Shown: positions 49,958-60,092, counted from the first letter of the stretch. The stretch: 64,000 nt of DNA from Planctomycetota bacterium (GCA_039821165.1 JBCBOT010000001.1:30099-94098); one strand, 5' to 3'. Translations and numbers: made by a program. The notes: a model not told the origin generated them from the sequence alone.

Positions 49958-50559
49958 TCGGTCACCAACTTGCGAAGTCGGGCGAGCGCTCGAATATGGC
50001 GTGAACCGGCCGCCTTCTCTGAGATCTTCAGAACGTTCGCCGTTTCTTTCTGTGAGAGTTGCTCGAAATGTCTGAGAGAGAGCACCTCGCGATCCATCGG
50101 ATCCATCTGGCCGAGCGCTTGCTCTAGTCGCACGCGGACCTCGGCGCGAACCGCTGCTTGGCTCGCAGTGGTTAATTGCCCGACCAGCTGCGCCGCGAGC
50201 GCGGCCGAAGTCGCCGTGGAAACGAGCGGGGCGTGGATCGAGACTTCGCGTCCGGCATCGCGCGCCTTGGTACCGAGGTGTCTTCGGTGTGCTTGGGAGA
50301 GTTTTTGAAGGGCGAGGAACCGCAGCCAGACGAAGAGTGGAACTTCCTGCGAACCCAGGTATTCATCGGCGCGCTCGCATGCTTCGAGCTGCGTCTCCTG
50401 AATCACGTCCGACGCATCCACGCGACCGCGCACCCGGGGGTCCAAACGGATCTCGACGAGACGACGCAAGCGGTCCCGGTGTTCCTGCAACGAATCTTGA
50501 AAGCTCGATCGATCCAAGGTGCTCTGCTGGAGAGTCGCTGAGTTTTGGTAGCTAGCCAC
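49954..50559 (-). CDS. ECF sigma-70 factor, planctomycete kinase-associated type (TIGR02984-like)
   Basis: GTG start with GAGGAGG; RLDPRVRGRVDASDVIQET...DREVLSLRHFEQLS; ATGA overlap with the kinase start. Confidence 0.92.
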   Translation of the reverse strand: MASYQNSATLQQSTLDRSSFQDSLQEHRDRLRRLVEIRLDPRVRGRVDASDVIQETQLEACERADEYLGSQEVPLFVWLRFLALQKLSQAHRRHLGTKARDAGREVSIHAPLVSTATSAALAAQLVGQLTTASQAAVRAEVRVRLEQALGQMDPMDREVLSLRHFEQLSQKETANVLKISEKAAGSRHIRALARLRKLVTE

Positions 50560-50631
50560 GAAGATACCTCCTCAAGCACTACTACCAAGCGAAATCACCG
50601 GGCTGCTGCTATTTTTGGATTTTTGCAGAAT

Positions 50632-52341
50632 TCAACGATCGATGCGCGTCTCCGGCGATGAATTGCCGCCACGCTGTCGGTTGCGAGGCCCTCCGGGCGG
50701 TCGCGGACGATCGTCGCCGAAACGGTTGTTACCCTGCCCACCTGGAAGACCGCCGGGGCGGCCCCGAGGTCCACTTTCATCCTCGTTATCAAATCGTCGA
50801 TCACGATCACGACCGCCGGGTGGCTCCGGCGGAGGGGGCATGGCGGCCAATTCCTCCGTGCTGAGAAATCCATCTTCGTTTGAGTCGGCTTCCATCATCC
50901 GTGCACGCTCCAATTCAGGAATCTCCGACTCGCTCAGCTTGCCATCGTCGTTCGTATCGAACTGCCGTAAGAGTCGATTCACCGTTGGCTTGAAGAACCC
51001 GCCGCGATTGAGGTCTTGCGACGAATCCATTTCGTTCGCTTCACCAACAGACTCAGCATCCGACGCTTCCGCCGTCGTCGCTCTGTCGTCGTTGGTCGTT
51101 TCAGTAACTTGTTCAGAATCCTCGACGGGCGTCTTGCTTGGCTCCGACATGAAGAACAACAGACCGGGACCCAAAATTAATCCAAGGAGCAAACACCCTG
51201 CCGCAATCATCAAGACTGGAGGCGTCTTGCGAGGTCGATGCGCTCCCGGCCCGCGAAACGTTTGAACTTGATCCGTGTCCACCGACGGTAAATTGTCAAA
51301 CGGATTGGCAGCGGGTGTCGCGGGGCTACTCGAAGGCTCCACGGAAACCGGTTGTGTGACAGCCGCCGCGACGACCGGTTTGGTTCCCTTCTTTCGAGTC
51401 GACTTTTCAGCACCGCGAACAAACTTGGACAATGCCGCCGCGAAGTGCTTCATCGAAGCGAAGCGTTGCTCGACGTCTTTGGAGATCGCGCGTTCCACAA
51501 TCTTGCACAACCGTGGATCGACTCCCGGACGAAGGTCTTCGAGTTTGCGTGGCTCTTGCGTCAGAATATGCGTCAACAACGTGAGCGTGCTGGCGGAATC
51601 CTTGAACGGAAGTGAACCGCTGAGTGACTCAAACAACACAACGCCTAGAGCGTACTGATCGGTCGCGGGGCCGATGGAGTCACCGCGGAGTTGCTCCGGC
51701 GGCATGTAGGCCGGCGAACCAATCAGTGTTCCCTCTTGCGTGAGACGCGACTCGTCGTTCGCTTCGCTGGGGCAAGCCAATCCGAAATCCATCACGACCG
51801 GTTCCTTGCGGTGGTCGATCATGATGTTCGCGGGTTTCAAATCGCGATGGAGAATCCCGTTTTGGTGCGCTTCGGCCATCGCCAAGGCGACTTTCTGAAC
51901 GATGTTCGCGACGACCTTTTCGCTTTGCGGATTCTCTTTATCGATGTACTCCGAGAGTGGTCGACCTTTGATGTAGGCCATCGCGATGCAATGGATGCCA
52001 TCAATCTCGGTCACGTCATAGATCGGACAAAGGTTGGGATGGGTGATTTTTGCGGCCGCACGAGCCTCACGATAAAACCGTTCGCGCGCCTTGTCGTTTT
52101 CCTTGAGATCCGCTTTGGGCACCTTGAGCGCGACGTCACGATCGAGTTGCTCGTCGCGGGCCAGGTACACAGACCCCATCCCCCCACGACCGAGAAGCTT
52201 ACTGACTTCATAGCGACCGAGTTTCACCGGTAGCGCGTTTTCCGCCAGAGGTCCCTCGCCCCCCCGCGTATCCGACGCGGAAAAGTCGAGGGTCTCCTTC
52301 AGGTTGGAGTCAGACCGTTCTTTCCGAGTTTCTCTGGCCAT
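50632..52341 (-). CDS. Ser/Thr kinase with TM and two C-terminal EF-hands
   Basis: LGRGGMG, HRDLKPAN, DFG, YMPPE; TM IAAGCLLLGLILGPGLLFF; DTNDDGKLSESE and DSNEDGFLSTEE. Confidence 0.9.
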   Translation of the reverse strand: MARETRKERSDSNLKETLDFSASDTRGGEGPLAENALPVKLGRYEVSKLLGRGGMGSVYLARDEQLDRDVALKVPKADLKENDKARERFYREARAAAKITHPNLCPIYDVTEIDGIHCIAMAYIKGRPLSEYIDKENPQSEKVVANIVQKVALAMAEAHQNGILHRDLKPANIMIDHRKEPVVMDFGLACPSEANDESRLTQEGTLIGSPAYMPPEQLRGDSIGPATDQYALGVVLFESLSGSLPFKDSASTLTLLTHILTQEPRKLEDLRPGVDPRLCKIVERAISKDVEQRFASMKHFAAALSKFVRGAEKSTRKKGTKPVVAAAVTQPVSVEPSSSPATPAANPFDNLPSVDTDQVQTFRGPGAHRPRKTPPVLMIAAGCLLLGLILGPGLLFFMSEPSKTPVEDSEQVTETTNDDRATTAEASDAESVGEANEMDSSQDLNRGGFFKPTVNRLLRQFDTNDDGKLSESEIPELERARMMEADSNEDGFLSTEELAAMPPPPEPPGGRDRDRRFDNEDESGPRGRPGGLPGGQGNNRFGDDRPRPPGGPRNRQRGGNSSPETRIDR

Positions 52342-52497
52342 CTCGTTTGGTTCGTCGGCGTCATTCGTGGAACGCCTGAATCGCAGCCTCGCACCCAGGA
52401 ATTTCCAACACAACTATAGTACAGTCGCGGTCGGATCGAGAGGACTCGATTGACAAAGGGAATTGAGTCTTCGAAATGGAAAAAGTCGACGCAAACG

Positions 52498-53322
52498 CTA
52501 CGGCCGTCTTTCTGCCCGTGAAAGCACGACCACACGCGAGTCGACATTGAGAACCTGATGACCGCTGGCGTACTCCACGAACGGCCGCGTCCAGTGACAG
52601 TGCCCGCGGACGATCAGCGTCTTCGGCATCTGCTCCATCCACTGTCGAATCGGAGCGTGGCCTCGTTGGCGACCCACGGGGTCATCCGGCCCGTCGTGCA
52701 TCACAATCAGCTGAGGCTGTTGGGCGGCGACCTCCACGAATGCTTCGCTGTAGTCTTCTTCGGTCCTTCGCCACGGTCGTCGGACGTTGCCGATAATCCC
52801 ACTCACTCCACCGATGCTCATTCCGTGAACGCGGATCACTTGGCCGTCGAGAAAATGGAGTGGCGATGCGAATCGGGGAGCGCCCGAGCGATCGGAGTCG
52901 GCGAACTCATCATGATTGCCCGCAACACCGACGACAAAAGCAAACTCATCCGCAAAGCAACGCCAGACTTCGGTCACGTCACCGCTGCCCCCGCGTCGAT
53001 CGAGTGCGGGCACGGTGTAAAAGTCGCCTGCGAGCACCGCGCCGATTCGCTTGGGGTGGTGACCGTGATTTTCACACAGCTCCGCCAGTTGGCCGGGTAT
53101 CACTTCGCCGAGCAGTCTCGGCATCCGACCTCCGCTCGAGGCAAACGTTTCGCGTCCCTGCAAGTCGGCACAAACCACCATGCCGTCCAGCGTCTCCGGC
53201 AATCCATCGACATCCGCGAAATGAATCGGCAGCAGTTCGGTGCGATAGTCACGTGGTCTTCGACCCGCATTCAAAAACGGAATCGTAGCGACGGGCTCCT
53301 TTTCAAAATTTCGAATTCTCAT
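52498..53322 (-). CDS. Calcineurin-like metallophosphoesterase
   Basis: ADLQG, AGDF, GNHD, MHDGP, GHCH motifs; start MRIRNF at 53322. Confidence 0.85.
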   Translation of the reverse strand: MRIRNFEKEPVATIPFLNAGRRPRDYRTELLPIHFADVDGLPETLDGMVVCADLQGRETFASSGGRMPRLLGEVIPGQLAELCENHGHHPKRIGAVLAGDFYTVPALDRRGGSGDVTEVWRCFADEFAFVVGVAGNHDEFADSDRSGAPRFASPLHFLDGQVIRVHGMSIGGVSGIIGNVRRPWRRTEEDYSEAFVEVAAQQPQLIVMHDGPDDPVGRQRGHAPIRQWMEQMPKTLIVRGHCHWTRPFVEYASGHQVLNVDSRVVVLSRAERRP

Positions 53323-53459
53323 TCCGATCCGACACCAATGGGCGTGACCTTGTTCGCGATCCCGGCAAGATCGGTGTGAAGGAAATGAGAATGCGAGAGA
53401 AACGACCGCGTGCGTTATGATGTGCCAAACACGTATCAACCCAGTTTATCAATGACGTC

Positions 53460-55196
53460 ATGACTAACCTTCACTGCTTTTCGCGGACCTGGATTCACCT
53501 GTGCCTCTCCTTAGGCCTGATGCTGTCGATGTTGCCAAACGCATTTTCGCAAATTCCATACGACCGTCCGGGCGAGGAACTACACCAAACTCGATCCACC
53601 GTGATCGCGACCGGCGGAATGGTCGCGACGAGTCACCCGCTCGCAGCTCAAGCCGGCCTGGACATTCTCAAGGCGGGAGGGAACGCCGCCGACGCCGCGA
53701 TCGCCGCCAACGCGATGCTGGGATTAGTGGAGCCGATGAGCTGTGGGATCGGCGGCGACTTGTTTGTCATTTACTGGGACAACAAGACGAAGAAGCTCTA
53801 TGGACTCAATGCGAGCGGACGTAGCCCCAAAGCAATCAACCGAGACGTCTTCGCGAAGAAGGAACTCGAAGAGATTCCAATCGATGGACCCTTGGCTTGG
53901 AGTGTGCCCGGATGTGTCGATGGTTGGTTCGAGCTGCATGGACGTTTCGGAAAGACCCCCATGAACAAGATCCTCGAACCTTCGATTCGGTACGGTCGCC
54001 AGGGGTTCCCCGTCACCGAAGTCATTGCCGGCTATTGGAAATCCGCTGAGGAAAAACTCTCTGAAGACCCCGGTTCCACGGCAACCTATCTCATTGATGG
54101 TAAGGCGCCTCAAGAAGGAGACATCTTCCGAAATCCGCGGCTTGCAGACACCTACGCCTTGATCGCTCGTGAGGGGCGCGCCGCGTTCTACGAAGGTTCG
54201 ATCGCCGAACGAATCGTCTCTTTCAGCCAACAAAACGAAGGCTTCTTCGCGATGGAGGACTTCACCGAACATGAGTCGACCTGGGTGGAACCCGTCTCGA
54301 CAAACTATCGCGGTTACGACATCTGGGAGTTACCTCCCAACGGTCAAGGCATCGCGGCTTTGGAGATGCTGAATGTTCTCGAGGGCTACGACGTCGCGTC
54401 GATGGGACGCGGAAGCGCTGAGTATCTACACGTCTTGGTGGAAGCGAAGAGACTCGCTTTTGCCGATCGTGCAAAGTTTTATTCCGATCCGGCATTCAAT
54501 GAGCTTCCCATTCAAGAGCTCATTTCGAAAAAGTACGGTGACGCACAACGCACTCGCATCGATCTTGAAACCGCGGCGGAGGATGTCGAGGCTGGAGAAC
54601 CGAAGCTTCAAAACGGTGACACCGTTTACCTCACTGTCGTTGATGAAGAACGCAACTGTTGCTCATTCATCCAGAGTAACTATTACGGGTTTGGATCAAA
54701 ACGCACCCCCGCCGAACTGGGCTTTGCACTCCAGAATCGCGGAGCGTTGTTCTCTCTCGATGAGAATCACTTCAATCGTTTGGAACCCGGCAAGCGGCCA
54801 TTCCACACAATCATCCCAGCGATGGTGACACGGGACGGACAACCTTGGTTGTGCTTCGGTGTGATGGGTGGTGACATGCAACCACAGGGTCACGTTCAGA
54901 TTCTTGTGAACATGATCGACTTTGGAATGAACGTGCAAGCCGCGGGCGATGCGGCTCGCGTCCGGCATGTCGGATCACAACAGCCGACGGGTAAACCGGC
55001 AGACGGTGTCGGAACGATCAATGTAGAAGGCGGTATCACGGAAGCCGCCATCCGAGGCCTGCTGAGTCGGGGACACCGCATCGCGCGCGTCAAAGGTGGT
55101 TTCGGTGGATACCAAGCGATTCGAATCGATCATGAACACGGAACGCTGCACGGTGCAACGGAATCCCGTAAAGACGGCCTGGCGGTGGGTTACTGA
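53460..55196 (+). CDS. ggt: Gamma-glutamyltransferase (exported)
   Basis: GGMVATSHPLAAQAG, GGNAADAA, GIGGD, nucleophile region GDTVYLTVVD, PGKRPFHT, GVMGG. Confidence 0.95.
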   Translation: MTNLHCFSRTWIHLCLSLGLMLSMLPNAFSQIPYDRPGEELHQTRSTVIATGGMVATSHPLAAQAGLDILKAGGNAADAAIAANAMLGLVEPMSCGIGGDLFVIYWDNKTKKLYGLNASGRSPKAINRDVFAKKELEEIPIDGPLAWSVPGCVDGWFELHGRFGKTPMNKILEPSIRYGRQGFPVTEVIAGYWKSAEEKLSEDPGSTATYLIDGKAPQEGDIFRNPRLADTYALIAREGRAAFYEGSIAERIVSFSQQNEGFFAMEDFTEHESTWVEPVSTNYRGYDIWELPPNGQGIAALEMLNVLEGYDVASMGRGSAEYLHVLVEAKRLAFADRAKFYSDPAFNELPIQELISKKYGDAQRTRIDLETAAEDVEAGEPKLQNGDTVYLTVVDEERNCCSFIQSNYYGFGSKRTPAELGFALQNRGALFSLDENHFNRLEPGKRPFHTIIPAMVTRDGQPWLCFGVMGGDMQPQGHVQILVNMIDFGMNVQAAGDAARVRHVGSQQPTGKPADGVGTINVEGGITEAAIRGLLSRGHRIARVKGGFGGYQAIRIDHEHGTLHGATESRKDGLAVGY

Positions 55197-55423
55197 TCCG
55201 AAAATGGCGGGAAGCTGACAATCCCAAATTTTCCACCGAAACCTGAATGAATCGAACGGGTTGGCGCAACTCTCTTGCTATGAAACGCGACCCTCGCGTG
55301 ACAGTCGCGCGTGCGGTCGAAGTTTCGCATTTCGGAAAATCGCGTAGGAACAAAGTTCCGGCTACGCGGTTTTAGTAAACAGCAAGGCGGGCCTTCATTC
55401 CGCGTCAAAGTGAGTAGACGACT

Positions 55424-56560
55424 GTGGTTTCAAATCAATGCATGCGCGTACGGGGCGCGGCGGTAACAATCTTTACGACTCTCGCGTTGTTGTTTGTAGC
55501 AACACCCTTGCGAGCTCAGTCGGGACCCGCTGCCAACACTAAGTTCACCGTCACGCAGGGCTTTCTCTTCGTTGATGGAAAACACATTCCCACTCCGTTC
55601 GAAATCCAAGTTCGAGGTGGGGAACTTGCGATCAACGATACTCCCTATGCATCGGACTACTTTCTGCTTCCGAAGGAAGCGACCGAGCCGGGCATGCAGG
55701 GGGATGAACGCCCCCGACCTCGTTTCCGAGGCAACGGTCTCGGTGCCTTCAACCGCGGTGGAGGTCCTCCCGGTGGAGGTCCTCCCGGTGGCCGTGCCAA
55801 ACGGGGCAGTCGTTCCCGCCGTCAAGCGGAAGAGTTGCAAGGATTGCTTCGCGACCTGCACCTCGGATTTGTGGCAGTCCTCTACGAGGGTGAAGAACCT
55901 TTGTTGCTCGATCCAACGGGTGAAGGCCAGGACCTTCTCGAGACACTTACCGATCACGACCTCTCAGACTTCACCGCACCGGCGTCCTTAGATGCCGACG
56001 AACAAAAACTTTGGCTCCAGCTGGTCGCCGAGTTTGAATCGACGGAAAAGTTCGATTCGCAAGCCATGGCCGTATTGACCGATAACTGGCGGGCACAAGA
56101 AATCAACGAGCAAGAAGCGGCATCCAACATTCTGTTCAACCGCATTTCGTTTCCAATGACGGTCGCAGCGATGATCCTCGTCGTCCTCGCCTTCGGCCAT
56201 TTACTCGCCAACTCGCCGAGTCAAATGGTGACCACGGACGATCCTGACCAGTCGAAGCAGGTCCACAGCACGGTCGTCAAGTCACTCTGCTTCATCGGAC
56301 TGCTTTCAGTAATCGATCTCGTTTGGACGATCGGTGCCACTCAGGCCGGTGCAATGCGCGAGATGAATCCTCTCGGACAATCATTGATCGAAGATCCCGT
56401 CCAGTTGATTTTGTTCAAGCTTGGCGTCACAGGGCTCGCGATCGGGCTCCTCTACTACCTGCACCGCTCGCCGATGGCGCAGCGTGCAAGCTGGTGGTGC
56501 TGTTTGATCCTCACGCTTCTCACAGCCCGTTGGCTGACCTTTCAATCGATGTTTGTCTAG
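55424..56560 (+). CDS. Hypothetical membrane protein with DUF5658-like C-terminus
   Basis: Signal peptide, GGPP repeats, C-terminal TMs with DLVWT...EMNPL. Confidence 0.65.
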   Translation: MVSNQCMRVRGAAVTIFTTLALLFVATPLRAQSGPAANTKFTVTQGFLFVDGKHIPTPFEIQVRGGELAINDTPYASDYFLLPKEATEPGMQGDERPRPRFRGNGLGAFNRGGGPPGGGPPGGRAKRGSRSRRQAEELQGLLRDLHLGFVAVLYEGEEPLLLDPTGEGQDLLETLTDHDLSDFTAPASLDADEQKLWLQLVAEFESTEKFDSQAMAVLTDNWRAQEINEQEAASNILFNRISFPMTVAAMILVVLAFGHLLANSPSQMVTTDDPDQSKQVHSTVVKSLCFIGLLSVIDLVWTIGATQAGAMREMNPLGQSLIEDPVQLILFKLGVTGLAIGLLYYLHRSPMAQRASWWCCLILTLLTARWLTFQSMFV

Positions 56561-56652
56561 CGAGGCTGACACCGTGACGTCTCACTGAGGACAATCCTTC
56601 AAACGAGGCTTTACGGTCATCGAGCCGAAAGCCCGTTTCCGAAACCGAGTGC

Positions 56653-58824
56653 ATGGCTCACTTGAAAAAACGGAAACGGCGTCCATCACGCGTCGCGCGG
56701 GCTGTACCTGCGCCGACGGGCGAGTTGGTCTCGGAGGTCGAGCGCACGGTGGCCGAGGCGATGCAGGCCGCCGTTCGACTTCATCAATCCGGTCACTACG
56801 CCGAAGCGGCACAGCTCTATTCGCAGGTGCTATCGACCGTGCCCGAGCATGCCGATGCATGGCACCTATCGGGCGTTCTCGCGCATCAGCAACGCGACTA
56901 CTCGATGGCCGCTGATCTCATCCGGCACGCGATCGAGTTGCGAGGAGAAAACGCCGAATTTCATCTCAACTACGGCGCAGCGATTTTCGCCCTCGGCCAA
57001 GTGGATGACGCAATTGCCTCGTTCGAACGCAGCATTCAAATTGAACCGAGCTGTCTCGCTTGGAACAATTTGGGAAATGCACACAAGTCGATCGGCGAAC
57101 ATCAGACTGCCGTGGAAGCCTACGAAATCGCGATCGGATTGGACGCGAACGATGTTCGTCCCCTCGCCAATCTAGGTGCAGCCTTACTTGAAAAAGGCGA
57201 TCTGCTGGAAGCGGAGTCAACCCTCGAGTCGGCGTCTAAATTGGCGCCGGACTATGTTGAGATCCAAAGCAACTTGGCACTCACCCGAACACGCCTAGGA
57301 AAGTTTGAACAAGCCACAGAACTGTTTGTCTCTGTGCTTACTCAACAACCTGAGTTGTCTGCGGCGTGGAGAAATCTGCGGAACTGCCTGAACGATTCGG
57401 GGACTGTCTCCCGAAGCCGAAGTGCGTATTCCAAAGTCGTCGCTGAATCGGATCGAGTCCTGCTGGACGTTCTTTCCATCTCGACATGCCCCGTCGTCAA
57501 CGAGAGCGCCGAAACGATTGATGAGTACCGCGGAGAACTCGGAGCAGTCGCAAGTCGATACAACGGCGCATCGTTACTTGATCGGCATCGAGACTTGCAG
57601 ACGCACCAGATTCTCGCACCCTTCTATCTGCCGTATCAGGGATTGGATGATCGCCCGTTGAAGGAAGCCTACGCGCGGATGATCGAATCCGATCGCGTGC
57701 GTCCCCTACACAAATCGGTAACGCCTGTTTCAGAAAAGCTACGGATCGGATTCCCGGTCGCTCTGGACCGGCACCACATCTTCCTTCGTTTCATGCGTGG
57801 TTTGCTCGAAACTCTCGCGGCGTCGACCGAGTTTGAGATCGTCGTCGCTTGCATGCCGCAGAATCTCGGGACGCTCAAGTCTTCCTTGCCGGAGGACACT
57901 CGATTCATTCCGCTAGCCGAGGATTTGCTGGAGTCAGCGCAACGACTGGCGGAGTCACGGTGTCATGCGCTGTATCACTACGAAATCGGCACGGATACTC
58001 TGAATTACTTCCTGCCATTCTTTGGTGCAGCACCAACCCAGGTCACTTCGTGGGGTATCCCGGTGACGAGCGGCATCCCTGCAGTCGACTATTTCCTCAG
58101 CAGTGAACTCATCGAACCGACGGGAGCCGATGATCACTACAGCGAAACTCTGATCCAACTACGCTCACTGCCGGTCCTCTACGAGCGTCCCGTCGTTCGG
58201 CCGCAGGTTCATCGCCGTGAAGACTTCGGGTTTCATGTGGACGATCATCTCTACGGGTGTTTGCAGAGTCCCTTCAAGAACCACCCGGACTTTGACCTGC
58301 TGATCGGCAACATTTTGCGCGAAGACCAAGCGGCTCGCATCATCTTGGTGGGCGGCGCTCATGAGACCAGCAATGAGTTGCTTCGCCGAAGGATGGCGAA
58401 TTCAATCGGTGACCTAGTTTCTCGAGTGCGATTCATGCCACGAATGAACTCCTCGAAGTTCATTGATCTGATGCGGTGTTGCGATGTCCTATTGGACACG
58501 ATCCACTTCGGTGGAGGTGCCACAACCTACGAAGCCATGTCACTCGGCATACCCATCGTCACGCTACCGGGGCAATTCATGCGGGGCCGGATTACGGCTG
58601 GTTGTTACCGTAAGATTGAGATCGACGATTGCGTCGCGCTGAATCCGGAAGACTACGTTCAACGCGCCGTTATGCTGGCGACCGATTCAGACCGGAACCA
58701 CAATCTCCGTGAACGGATCCTCGAGAAAGCCGATTTGATCTTCGAAGACGCCGAGGCCGGCTACGAAATCCAGGAATTCTTTCACTCAGTCGTTAGCAAT
58801 GATTCGCCGAGGGCGGCCTCATGA
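56653..58824 (+). CDS. TPR + O-GlcNAc-transferase-like (GT41/SPINDLY) glycosyltransferase
   Basis: About 6 TPRs; APTQVTSWGIPVTSG..AVDYFLS, DVLLDT.HFGGGATTYEAMSLGIPIVT.PG...RGR. Confidence 0.88.
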   Translation: MAHLKKRKRRPSRVARAVPAPTGELVSEVERTVAEAMQAAVRLHQSGHYAEAAQLYSQVLSTVPEHADAWHLSGVLAHQQRDYSMAADLIRHAIELRGENAEFHLNYGAAIFALGQVDDAIASFERSIQIEPSCLAWNNLGNAHKSIGEHQTAVEAYEIAIGLDANDVRPLANLGAALLEKGDLLEAESTLESASKLAPDYVEIQSNLALTRTRLGKFEQATELFVSVLTQQPELSAAWRNLRNCLNDSGTVSRSRSAYSKVVAESDRVLLDVLSISTCPVVNESAETIDEYRGELGAVASRYNGASLLDRHRDLQTHQILAPFYLPYQGLDDRPLKEAYARMIESDRVRPLHKSVTPVSEKLRIGFPVALDRHHIFLRFMRGLLETLAASTEFEIVVACMPQNLGTLKSSLPEDTRFIPLAEDLLESAQRLAESRCHALYHYEIGTDTLNYFLPFFGAAPTQVTSWGIPVTSGIPAVDYFLSSELIEPTGADDHYSETLIQLRSLPVLYERPVVRPQVHRREDFGFHVDDHLYGCLQSPFKNHPDFDLLIGNILREDQAARIILVGGAHETSNELLRRRMANSIGDLVSRVRFMPRMNSSKFIDLMRCCDVLLDTIHFGGGATTYEAMSLGIPIVTLPGQFMRGRITAGCYRKIEIDDCVALNPEDYVQRAVMLATDSDRNHNLRERILEKADLIFEDAEAGYEIQEFFHSVVSNDSPRAAS

Positions 58825-60092
58825 GCATGGACGTCCAAACGGCAACCTCGGTCGGAATTCACGCGGGTTTCAAGCTACCCCACTGGAATCCGCAACTCGA
58901 GATGCTGGAATGCATCTCGTGTGGCAAGCAGGGGGTGACCGCGTTCATTGATGAAAGTCGCCGCCCGCTTGCGACGATTTGGTGGCCGCAATCGGAAGCA
59001 GAGGCGGTTGCGATGCAGCGATTGCCCCACTCGTTTGTGCGCTGTGTGTCTTGTGGACACATCTTTAACAAATCGTTCACGTATGACGACGTGCCCTATT
59101 CGCGGAAAGCGAATTTGATGTTCAACCAGGGCGTGCTCTGGCAGGGTCACCTTCGCAAGATCGTCCGTCGCTTGAGTGACGCAGTTTCTGAATCGCCGAC
59201 CGTCGTCGAAATCGGTTGCGGAGATGGATCGCTCTTGCGGGCGATGGATTCTCAACTCACCGGCGCGAATCTGATCGGCTTTGATCCGAATAATAAGCAC
59301 CATCGCTCCGCCAACATCGAATTCCGCGGTGAGCTATTCCTGCCGCAACGACACTTAAACGAACTCAAACCGGACTTGATTGTTTGTCGGCACGTGCTCG
59401 AACACCTGCAACAGCCGATGCGATTTCTGGAGCAAATCGCGGTCGTGACAGCGATCAGTGATCGTTCGATTCAACTGTACGTGGAAGTCCCTTGCGTCGA
59501 CCGCGCGGTCAAAACAACCCGGCTATCGGATTACTACTACGAGCACAATTCGCATTTCACCACACAGTCCTTCCGCGCGATGTTGGATCGCATCGGAGCA
59601 ACGACAACGTGGCTGGATCGGTTCTACGACGACGAAGTCCTCGGTGCGCTTTTCACACTCGCGCCGCAACCGCACCTGGCGGAGATGTCGCGTGTCACGG
59701 AACGACACCGACTCAATGCACTTCATACCGTCCGCAAGATTCGCGAACAGTTGAACTTCATTGCTCAAGCGAATCTCCGGGTGGCGATTTGGGGCGGAAC
59801 CGGAAAAGCGGCGGCATTCATGTCGTTGTACGGAATGGATCGCGCACGGTTCCCGCTGGTCGTCGACTCTGATCGTGACAAGTGCGACACCTTCGTTCCC
59901 GGAACCGGTCAACGCATTCGCCCGGCCGAAGTCTTGGTCCGTGAACCGGCCGACGTGGTCGTGATTCCGATGTCCTGGCGGGCACGTGACATCGTCCATG
60001 AGATGAGAAAGAAACAGATACAGTGCGAGCACATTTTGATCGAGCACGATCAACGGCTCGTCGATTTCCATCGGGATGAGCATCCTTATTAG
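58821..60092 (+). CDS. SAM-dependent methyltransferase, NDP-sugar C-methyltransferase-like
   Basis: CxxC...CxxC Zn motif, EIGCGDG, RHVLEH, YYEHNSHF, C-terminal IWGGTGKA...VVDSD...PGTG. Confidence 0.82.
   Translation: MSMDVQTATSVGIHAGFKLPHWNPQLEMLECISCGKQGVTAFIDESRRPLATIWWPQSEAEAVAMQRLPHSFVRCVSCGHIFNKSFTYDDVPYSRKANLMFNQGVLWQGHLRKIVRRLSDAVSESPTVVEIGCGDGSLLRAMDSQLTGANLIGFDPNNKHHRSANIEFRGELFLPQRHLNELKPDLIVCRHVLEHLQQPMRFLEQIAVVTAISDRSIQLYVEVPCVDRAVKTTRLSDYYYEHNSHFTTQSFRAMLDRIGATTTWLDRFYDDEVLGALFTLAPQPHLAEMSRVTERHRLNALHTVRKIREQLNFIAQANLRVAIWGGTGKAAAFMSLYGMDRARFPLVVDSDRDKCDTFVPGTGQRIRPAEVLVREPADVVVIPMSWRARDIVHEMRKKQIQCEHILIEHDQRLVDFHRDEHPY

Noticed and set aside
56653-56691. NLS-like KKRKRR at the GT41 N-terminus
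   Set aside because: Short basic runs are common in this genome; no evidence for a targeting role
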